Part shown: piece by piece, positions 36,127 to 42,912 of the stretch
Layout of the letters: each line of letters opens with the position of its first letter
How positions within the stretch are numbered: position 1 is the first letter of the stretch
From: a virus
Taxonomy: Duplodnaviria; Caudoviricetes
IMG/VR virus record: IMGVR_UViG_3300037722_001341
Location: 1-42,912 of that record
Strand: one strand, 5' to 3'
Length of the DNA: 42,912 nt
Position numbers and translations under genes: made by a program
Notes under the pieces: generated by a model
The model's database searches: none
What the model was told of the DNA's origin: nothing
Seen by the model: the letters and a program-made list of their open reading frames with translations, nothing else

Positions 36127-37650
36127 CTAATCCTCGTCCCGGTACTTGTCCAGCATCTGATAGCCCACTTCCTCCAGGTGATTGAAGAATTCGATCACCC
36201 GCCGCTGATTCCGATCTACCGCCGCCTCGATCAGCGCGTAGTAGCCGTCGAGCGCCACCCGAAGATCAACTGCAGAGCCACTGCGCACGATCATCTGCCG
36301 AATTCCCTCTGGGCTGAGCAGCGCCAGATTGCGGATCGCGTTCAACAGAGTGACCGCGTCCCCGGTGGCCTTCTCTACTGCGAGCAGGTGATCGAGAATC
36401 ACCGCCACCGGCGCAAACTGCACCAGCACCGGCTCCGTGCTCTCCAGCGGCCCCTCTCTCCTCTCATCAAGCGCCGGGGAGAGGCCGGGGGTGGGGAAGT
36501 CGTGGCCTCGACTCGCCAGTTGTTCCTTCGTGCTCGGCGGCACGCTGACGTACTCACTGTCCTCAAAATCCTCCTCATCAGGCAAGCGGTAATATTTGGG
36601 GGGGGGCGTATCGGTAAACCCTTCTCTAACCTCGTCCTCACCAAATTCCACAGTTTCGGACGATATTTCGGGTTGAGTGTTAACAGTTGTTAACCTATGA
36701 ACCGGTTCAACCGGCCTTTTCTGCTCTTGCACGAATTCCCGGATCGCGCCCTCAGTCCAGTTTTCCAGGTCCGCCTCGACCCAGATATCGTCGTCGATGT
36801 CCAGCAGGGACCGGTACTGGCTGACCTGGTTCCTGCTCTTTAGCCCCGTCACCGCCAGAATGCGCTGGCTCATTCCCCGCTTGACGGGCCAGCGGTTGCC
36901 ATTTTTCACCTGAGCGTAAAAGGCGCGGTCACATTCCCCCGGCAGCACCAGATCGTGATAGGCATCGAACTGCGTATCCGGGTCGCCCTCGTACATGTTC
37001 ATGATCAGCAGCGACAACTGGCGCGCCATCTGGATGGCATTCAGGGGACGCCGGGCACCGTTTTCCGCCGCTTGCCGCCACACATCCAACCGCTCCACCA
37101 CGAAGGCCGGAATCTTGGCAAAATCGCGGCTGTGAGGGTCGTTCTGCACGTACATGCGCAGCAGATGATAGGCCAGCCAGCGGCGTTCCCCGCTCTCGAT
37201 CTCATACCCCGGTACGGATCGCATCACCGTGATCGGATTCTGCAAACCATCATGCAGGATGCTCGCCGCCACATTCACCAGTTCCACGAAATCGGCCAGT
37301 ACCGGGCCGCTATCTCCGATCTCAAGCGCGCTGTCATGATTCATCAGCAGCTTCATCACATCGACCGTCGTGCCCGATAAATGCTCCACCACTTTGTGCC
37401 AAAATTTCAGCACCGACGGCACCTCCCCCGGACTGCCGTCCCACTGACCGCGCGCTGCCAGCGGCACCGCCTTGCGCGGCTGAGTCGCGTCCGGCCAGAT
37501 GTCGTCGATCAACAGCGGTTTCGCCACCCGCCGACCAACCTCCGGCAGTTCCACCGATCCGTACAGCGCGTCATCGATCTCCTGCATCGACAGTTCTTCC
37601 GCACGCGCCGCAAACGGATCAGCCTGGTCGTCTCGATACTTATCGCTCAT
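36127..37650 (-). CDS. ParB-like N-terminal domain protein
   Basis: PDATQPRK, AASILHDGLQNPITV, IESGERRWLA, ENGARRPL. Confidence 0.85.
   Translation of the reverse strand: MSDKYRDDQADPFAARAEELSMQEIDDALYGSVELPEVGRRVAKPLLIDDIWPDATQPRKAVPLAARGQWDGSPGEVPSVLKFWHKVVEHLSGTTVDVMKLLMNHDSALEIGDSGPVLADFVELVNVAASILHDGLQNPITVMRSVPGYEIESGERRWLAYHLLRMYVQNDPHSRDFAKIPAFVVERLDVWRQAAENGARRPLNAIQMARQLSLLIMNMYEGDPDTQFDAYHDLVLPGECDRAFYAQVKNGNRWPVKRGMSQRILAVTGLKSRNQVSQYRSLLDIDDDIWVEADLENWTEGAIREFVQEQKRPVEPVHRLTTVNTQPEISSETVEFGEDEVREGFTDTPPPKYYRLPDEEDFEDSEYVSVPPSTKEQLASRGHDFPTPGLSPALDERREGPLESTEPVLVQFAPVAVILDHLLAVEKATGDAVTLLNAIRNLALLSPEGIRQMIVRSGSAVDLRVALDGYYALIEAAVDRNQRRVIEFFNHLEEVGYQMLDKYRDED
36451..36496. repeat. 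Degenerate G/C-rich palindromic element in-frame in the ParB linker
   Basis: CCCCTCTCTCC...GGGGAGAGG-CCGGGGGTGGGG; encodes PTPGLSPALDERREG. Confidence 0.55.
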
Positions 37651-37859
37651 GTCACCTCCTCATCGTTTTCGCGTGGTATTTTGACCCAGCCCACAATAGG
37701 TATTAATGAAATTTTATGACCACAGGTACACGTAGCGATGACCGTCACTCCCGATAGACGATAAGCAGCATTCGTCCAAGTCATCTCATTGTTACATTGT
37801 GGACAAATCAAATTCTCACGCTTGCCATAAAAGGTCTTCTCCTGCCCTTCGCTCATCAT
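37647..37859 (-). CDS. Small zinc-ribbon protein inserted between parA and parB
   Basis: CPQC...CTCGH; coupled at both ends; lower GC than its neighbours. Confidence 0.7.
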   Translation of the reverse strand: MMSEGQEKTFYGKRENLICPQCNNEMTWTNAAYRLSGVTVIATCTCGHKISLIPIVGWVKIPRENDEEVT

Positions 37860-38638
37860 CCGATCACCTCCTGCACCCGGTCGATCAGGTTCCAGGCCTG
37901 ATGCGTCGCCACATGATCCGGGTCCCGCGAAAACAGCGTCTGCTGCGAGCCGGAGCACTGCTCCCACACCGTCAGATTGTGGAGCGGTGTCCATACGTTC
38001 TGGGCATCGAAACGTTCCTGCACCTGCTCCAGACCAGTCTGCTGCGCCAGCGTGCGCGGCTTGTACTTGGTCGGCTGCACCGCCAGCCACTTCAGCTTGT
38101 CCAGTCCCAGCTTCTGCCGCAGCTCATCACCCCTTACCGCCCGTTTCACCGTGTCGCCCACTTGCACCAGCGACAGATAACTCAATTCGGTCGGCATCAG
38201 CAGCAGATCGGTCGCCATATGCGCCAGGATGTGCAGATCGGATATCGCCGGTGAGGTGTCGATCACCACCACGTCGATAATTCCCGCCAGCTCGTCCAGC
38301 CGCTCGCGCAGCAGCAGCGGATTGCTCACCCGCCTGGCGATCTCCCGCGTCGTCGGATCGCTGGGCAGCACGAACAGCCGCCCCTCGGTGACATTCTCTC
38401 CGGCCCACAACCCCTTCTCCGGCACCCGCAGCACCTGCGGCCACTCTTCGTCCCCGACCAGCAGCCGGTACACTCCCTCCTGTCGCGGCAGCCCGAGCTG
38501 GAGGGTGCTGTGTCCCTGGCTGTCCAGATCAAGAAGCACCACCCGCCGATCCCGGATCGCCAGGCCAGCGGCCACGTGCGTCGCCAGCGTGGTTTTCCCC
38601 ACGCCGCCTTTTTCGTTGAGTAACGTGATGACTTGCAT
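37856..38638 (-). CDS. parA: ParA/Soj family ATPase
   Basis: KGGVGKTT deviant Walker A, DLDSQG, IDTSP; RBS AAAGGAG. Confidence 0.93.
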   Translation of the reverse strand: MQVITLLNEKGGVGKTTLATHVAAGLAIRDRRVVLLDLDSQGHSTLQLGLPRQEGVYRLLVGDEEWPQVLRVPEKGLWAGENVTEGRLFVLPSDPTTREIARRVSNPLLLRERLDELAGIIDVVVIDTSPAISDLHILAHMATDLLLMPTELSYLSLVQVGDTVKRAVRGDELRQKLGLDKLKWLAVQPTKYKPRTLAQQTGLEQVQERFDAQNVWTPLHNLTVWEQCSGSQQTLFSRDPDHVATHQAWNLIDRVQEVIG

Positions 38639-38675
38639 AATCTCTCCTTTCATGCCGGGGATAAGGTGATTTCTC

Positions 38676-38978
38676 CTACCCCTCGTCAAGGTCGTCGTCA
38701 AGGTCGTAATCCAGCCACTCGAAAACCTCGGCCACCTGAGACCAGACGCAGTTCCGACCGGTCACATGATCGCACCAGTCCCAGTCTTCGTCGCCGGGCA
38801 TGTGGGAGCCGCAGACCAGGCACCCGTACTGCTCCATGAGCACGCGATAAGCGTCGATAAACACCCAGCCCTCGCAATTATCGTTGGGGCAGGGATAGAA
38901 ACCCGCCTTTGCCTGCACATCGAATTCCCTACCACATTCCGGGCAAGCGACTTCGATACGTTTATTCGGCTCAGCCAT
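38676..38978 (-). CDS. Cys-rich zinc-finger protein
   Basis: CPEC, CPNDNC, CLVC, CDH; RBS GGAGG. Confidence 0.7.
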   Translation of the reverse strand: MAEPNKRIEVACPECGREFDVQAKAGFYPCPNDNCEGWVFIDAYRVLMEQYGCLVCGSHMPGDEDWDWCDHVTGRNCVWSQVAEVFEWLDYDLDDDLDEG

Positions 38979-38980
38979 CC

Positions 38981-39337
38981 TCACGCCTCCTGCCATTCGG
39001 GAAAAGGTATTTCGATTTCGTAATCCCACCAACGATAACGAAATCCACGAAAGCCTTGAATAGGTTCAGGGATCGTGATGGCGACTGCATCATTATGTCG
39101 GACGAGGGCGTAACCCCGGCCAGCGCGCTCAACACGGACAAGTGGTGCGTAACCCCGCAGCTTGCCGTTGTAGACGACATAGACACGCTCACCAGGCCGA
39201 ATTTTTGGGGGATAACCGCCCAGGTAAAAATGCCATTCCAGCCCGCTCCATTCTTCGCCGGGTAGATCTCCCTCGGCGATCCAGTTCCTAAGACCAAACG
39301 ATTTAGGAACTGTCACTACAACATCAGACATTCTCAT
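38981..39337 (-). CDS. Hypothetical protein, possibly ASCH/PUA-like
   Basis: PGERVYVVYNGKLRGYA...PEPIQGFRGFRY pattern. Confidence 0.65.
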   Translation of the reverse strand: MRMSDVVVTVPKSFGLRNWIAEGDLPGEEWSGLEWHFYLGGYPPKIRPGERVYVVYNGKLRGYAPLVRVERAGRGYALVRHNDAVAITIPEPIQGFRGFRYRWWDYEIEIPFPEWQEA

Positions 39338-39743
39338 CCCTCCGCGATCGCATATCGACGAAGCGCCACAACGCCCCGCCCCGAATCAGGTCATCGGCGT
39401 AAATTTGCGCCAGCGTCTCCGAGATGTCGGGCGCTTTGACGATCATATGCACCACGCAGTACCCCGCCGCGACGTAGCGATAGCGCGCCAGTCCATTCCA
39501 CATATCCGAACTCGCCGGCGAGCCGGCGTAAGACGTGCCCCCCATCGAGCCATCTTCCCGCCGCCATAACACCATCGTTCGCTCGGTTCGCGTTGCCATC
39601 GCCTGCCGTTCGGGTGTATAATTCAAATGTCCTCCCCTCCCTTTGGGGTGACACCGGTGCCGGGCAGGTTGGCTGACCCCCGGCATTTTTGTTTCCGTCC
39701 CAGGGGGCGGTACTGGGCCGGGTCGTGGATCACTCGTTGTCAT
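39324..39743 (-). CDS. Hypothetical protein (start 39743 or 39599)
   Basis: Operon-strand ORF. Confidence 0.55.
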   Translation of the reverse strand: MTTSDPRPGPVPPPGTETKMPGVSQPARHRCHPKGRGGHLNYTPERQAMATRTERTMVLWRREDGSMGGTSYAGSPASSDMWNGLARYRYVAAGYCVVHMIVKAPDISETLAQIYADDLIRGGALWRFVDMRSRRDENV

Positions 39744-40254
39744 CGTCGTCGCTCCCTTGCTGGTCGATCTCCGCCTGATATTCCGCTTCAGCCGCTTCCT
39801 GGAACAGCTCCTCGGCGAACAACTCCTCGGCCAGTACCCCGAAAGCATTGAAAAAGTCCTGCTTCGTGTACTCGCTGATCGGCAAATCCTTCTCGCCGAA
39901 CAACACCTCCAGCGCCCGTTCCGCGTCTCCCACCGCCACCTGACCGTCATGCGCCAGGTAACGAGCCAGTTCCCGCAGCACCATTCCCGACTTCTTCCGC
40001 TTCTGCCAATCCAGATCGTTGAGCGCCAGATCGCGTTGACTCTTGAAGTCCTCCGCCGCCGCCAGCGCACTGGCCGTCAGTGCCTCGCTGTGATTCATCG
40101 CCGCCTGCATCTGCTGGAAGCCCTCGTAGATAATCGCCAACGCCTGGGTCGCCTGGGGATTGGTGTACACCGCATCCCAGGCCGTCTCCAGCGCGTCCCA
40201 CACCTGATCGAACACTTCGTTCGTCGTCACCAACTGATTTTGTTCGTCCATCAT
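39730..40254 (-). CDS. Acidic helical hypothetical protein
   Basis: RBS GGAGG, ATGA-coupled. Confidence 0.7.
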   Translation of the reverse strand: MMDEQNQLVTTNEVFDQVWDALETAWDAVYTNPQATQALAIIYEGFQQMQAAMNHSEALTASALAAAEDFKSQRDLALNDLDWQKRKKSGMVLRELARYLAHDGQVAVGDAERALEVLFGEKDLPISEYTKQDFFNAFGVLAEELFAEELFQEAAEAEYQAEIDQQGSDDDDNE

Positions 40255-41321
40255 GACACCTCCATCTCGATGATCAGCGGCGCGTCCGGCTCCACACGCG
40301 GTCGGAATTCCGCCACCAGCAGATCACGCTGGGCGTAACGTGTTTTCTCATAGCCGTCGTAAACTGCCTTGGCACGGTTGAGGGCCTGCTGATCGCCGAT
40401 CGACGACATCTCCTGCGCGCTGAAGCGTCCGCCGCGCAGCGCGTCCCGGAAGGAGTTCACCGCTGGCGATTCCTCCGGCTCCTTGACCTCGATCACTCGC
40501 TCCGTGTCGCCGTTGGAGGCCGCGATCTTCACATCCGCCGCGACGACGGTTTTTTCCTCCGGCGCGATGGGCGTGACTTTTTCTTGGGCCTGATGGGGGG
40601 GTACGGCCATCGCTTCCAACGGCCCAAAGCGTCGCATCGTCACAAACCGATAGAATCCCGGTTCGCCTTTGCGGCGATCCATGAGAAGACCAGACAAGCA
40701 GGGGATTTCCTCCCAGCCTTCGTTAAACAAGGCAGCGAGTTCATCATTTGCCTCTCTCGTATAATAAAAGGTATCGTTGACCCCGATCTTCTTGATTCGC
40801 TGCACCACCGTTTTGACTTCCACCGGGCACACTTTCAATTCACCGGCCCCGTTCTGCACCGTCTGCATATCCAGCAGATGGTTCGCGCTTTCGTTCTCGA
40901 TCTCTTCCTTCAGCGCGTCCAGTTCTTTGCGCAGGTCGTCGAGCAACGCCTGGTACTCGTCCGCCACCTGCTGCCGGATCACTTCCTCGACAGTGCCTTC
41001 GATGTCAGCGGGCTTCCAATTCCGAAAAGTAAGCGGTGGGAGCACCGTTACTTCGTCGTCAGTGACGCTGATGACATTGCCCGATCCGCTGCCATCGAGA
41101 CGGGTGACGAAAGCGCCGAACTTCGCCTGCTCCGGTTGCACCAGATCGACCCGCTTCCAGGTCACGGGGTCAGGCCTGGTAGTGACGCGGTAGTCTTGAC
41201 TGTTGTTGTTCAGACCGGGGATGGCGACAATCGTTCCCTGCTGACCTCTTTTGTGGACGACGCTCTCGCCGATGCTGTAGGACGCCTGCGATAAATTGCT
41301 TTCTGCTTCTGCTTGTGTCAT
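40251..41321 (-). CDS. Hypothetical protein; first gene of the leftward operon
   Basis: RBS AAGGAG; SH3-like N-terminal segments and a coiled coil. Confidence 0.75.
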   Translation of the reverse strand: MTQAEAESNLSQASYSIGESVVHKRGQQGTIVAIPGLNNNSQDYRVTTRPDPVTWKRVDLVQPEQAKFGAFVTRLDGSGSGNVISVTDDEVTVLPPLTFRNWKPADIEGTVEEVIRQQVADEYQALLDDLRKELDALKEEIENESANHLLDMQTVQNGAGELKVCPVEVKTVVQRIKKIGVNDTFYYTREANDELAALFNEGWEEIPCLSGLLMDRRKGEPGFYRFVTMRRFGPLEAMAVPPHQAQEKVTPIAPEEKTVVAADVKIAASNGDTERVIEVKEPEESPAVNSFRDALRGGRFSAQEMSSIGDQQALNRAKAVYDGYEKTRYAQRDLLVAEFRPRVEPDAPLIIEMEVS

Positions 41322-41365
41322 GATGAACTCCTTTATTGTTTTAGAACGATAGTAAGGTAAACAAA

Positions 41366-42256
41366 ATGGAACTGAAAAATGCGATTGACCTCTTTATCGG
41401 CAGGTATCAAAACGCAGGCACCCGTGAAGCGTATCAGTACGTGCTCGTCGATATGCGCGATTTCATCGGCCCGAAACGCCTGGTCAGCGAAATCAGACCG
41501 GAGCACCTGGAGGAGTATCATCAGCACGTCCAGAAGCGCGATCTGTCCCCGGCCACCGTGCGGAAATATGTGAAGACCTTCAAGACGTTCTACCTGTGGG
41601 CAGTCCGCATCGAACTCATCGACAAATCACCCGCCCGCGAGGTCACGACCCCCGGCAAGCCTCATAATGTGAGCCGGGAGAAAGCGATGACGGACGAGGA
41701 ACTCGATCAGATTCTGGATTACGTCAAATGGAAACCCCGCGACCACGCCCTGATCTTGTTCCTGGCGGATACGGGTTGTCGGGCCGGGGGCGCTGCTTCG
41801 CTCACCTTGAACAATTTAGATATCCCCAACCGGCACGCGAAGGTGACGGAAAAAGGGGACAAGACCCGTCCAGTCGCTTTCGGCGATCTCTGTGCTCATG
41901 CGCTCCAGGTGTGGTTGATCAGACGACCTGCCAAAGCGGGAATTTTCGTCTTCAGCCGGAAAGCCGAGCCGCTTACCTCCGCGACCATCTCCCAGGCGGT
42001 GCGCCGTGCCTGCAAAATGGTTGGCATTCGATCCCTGGGTGCGCATTCGCTGCGCCACCGCAAAGGCCATCAGTTCGCCGATGGCAAGATCGCGCCGACG
42101 CTGGCCGCGACCGCGCTCGGCCACAAGAATATCACGACCACGTTGGAGCATTACTACCCGGGGGATTGGGAATCAGCCGAGAAGGAACTCCGCCGCCTGG
42201 CGGTAGCCGACACTTCGTCTCAGAAGATTATCCACTTGAGAGAAGAACACAGGTAA
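41366..42256 (+). CDS. int: Tyrosine integrase
   Basis: Catalytic residues DTGCR, EKG, HSLRH, LGH, HYY; N-terminal core-binding domain. Confidence 0.93.
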   Translation: MELKNAIDLFIGRYQNAGTREAYQYVLVDMRDFIGPKRLVSEIRPEHLEEYHQHVQKRDLSPATVRKYVKTFKTFYLWAVRIELIDKSPAREVTTPGKPHNVSREKAMTDEELDQILDYVKWKPRDHALILFLADTGCRAGGAASLTLNNLDIPNRHAKVTEKGDKTRPVAFGDLCAHALQVWLIRRPAKAGIFVFSRKAEPLTSATISQAVRRACKMVGIRSLGAHSLRHRKGHQFADGKIAPTLAATALGHKNITTTLEHYYPGDWESAEKELRRLAVADTSSQKIIHLREEHR

Positions 42257-42291
42257 GCAGGGGCATTTCCATCTTACACAGAAAATTCATA

Positions 42292-42329
42292 GACGGTGAG
42301 GACCGGGGTTCAAATCCCCGCGCCCCGAC
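42292..42329 (+). other. attP core = 3' half of a tRNA-Pro gene
   Basis: GA-CGGTG (anticodon 3' strand)-AGGAC-CGGGG-TTCAAAT-CCCCG (T arm)-CGCCCCG-A-C; acceptor complementary to the CGGGGCG 5' end typical of tRNA-Pro; no 5' half upstream. Confidence 0.85.
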
Positions 42330-42460
42330 AGACCCTGCCCCTTCTGACCCCATTCTGTCACGAAAAAGGGTCTGAAGACAGGGTTGAAAGCTATGCGGCT
42401 GTTAAGCTGCACCGGCGGACGAGTCCGCCAATAATGGCAAACCCCACTACTCGGCAGTTT

Positions 42461-42724
42461 TCAGCCTGGGACGAGTAGTGGGGTTTCTCTCTTAGGGTTT
42501 CCGATATCCTCAATGACTTCGACTACTGCCGGATCGCGCCAATCAAGGCCATAAAATTCTGCCAACCGGATCACACTCGGAGCGAGGTTTGCGACCTCGA
42601 CTGCATCGACCTCGGTGTAGCGGACTACGGTATTGATCGCGATGCCGGTCTTCTTGCTGACAGCATATGGCGTCAATCCGGTTGCGTCATGTGCTGCCTT
42701 GAACCTAACGATAAATTTCGCCAT
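42461..42724 (-). CDS. XRE-family HTH repressor-like protein (87 aa)
   Basis: GLTPYAVSKKTGIAINTVVRY...IRLAEFYGL; RBS AAAGGGAG; driven by the leftward switch promoter. Confidence 0.8.
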   Translation of the reverse strand: MAKFIVRFKAAHDATGLTPYAVSKKTGIAINTVVRYTEVDAVEVANLAPSVIRLAEFYGLDWRDPAVVEVIEDIGNPKRETPLLVPG

Positions 42725-42751
42725 GTGCTCCCTTTCTATTATGCCGACTAT

Positions 42752-42912
42752 CGGATCGCGCCAATCAAGGCCATAAAATTCTGCCAACCGGATCACACTC
42801 GGAGAGAGGTTTGCGACCTCGACTGCATCGACCTCGGTGTAGCGGACTACGGTATTGATCGCGATGCCGGTCTTCTTGCTGACAGCATATGGCGTCAATC
42901 CGGTTGCGTCAT
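42752..42912. repeat. Extra copy of 42530-42690 at the contig end
   Basis: 161 bp, one mismatch (42583 c vs 42805 a); likely an assembly end artefact. Confidence 0.85.

Noticed and set aside
39593-39622. Rightward TTGCCA-18 bp-TATAAT antisense promoter
   Set aside because: No credible downstream gene or RNA structure; could be chance
42270-42330. Complete tRNA or tmRNA gene
   Set aside because: Only the 3' half is present; no D-arm or 5' acceptor strand upstream
42461-42912. 145-aa tandem-domain repressor or variable repressor alleles
   Set aside because: Arises from the duplicated 161 bp at the contig end; single mismatches at contig ends are most simply assembly noise

Overview
The window looks like one complete, circularly permuted temperate siphovirus-like phage genome with a unit length of about 42,592 bp; bases 1-159 recur at 42593-42751. 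The host is inferred, not shown, to be Chloroflexota (Anaerolineae-like). Rightward genes are a short early operon (Sak4/AAA_24 ATPase, excisionase-type HTH) and a tyrosine integrase followed by an attP core matching the 3' half of a tRNA-Pro. A leftward XRE repressor shares an overlapping divergent promoter switch with the early operon. One very long leftward block runs from early/replication genes (ParA, ParB-like) through terminase, portal, scaffold, capsid and tail genes to membrane/lysis genes. The most unusual features are: (1) a duplicated cassette of replication initiator with its own internal iteron origin, a DUF5131/Gp37-Gp68 Cys-motif enzyme and RNase HI; (2) a family of G/C-rich palindromic elements, several sitting in-frame inside proteins; (3) a 49-bp collapsed IS200/IS605 (IscB-type) element between an RBS and an ATGA; (4) a duplicated unannotated 59-aa gene bracketing the virion module; (5) ParAB coexisting with integrase/attP; (6) no recognisable endolysin. 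All family calls come from motifs read by eye, with no database search.
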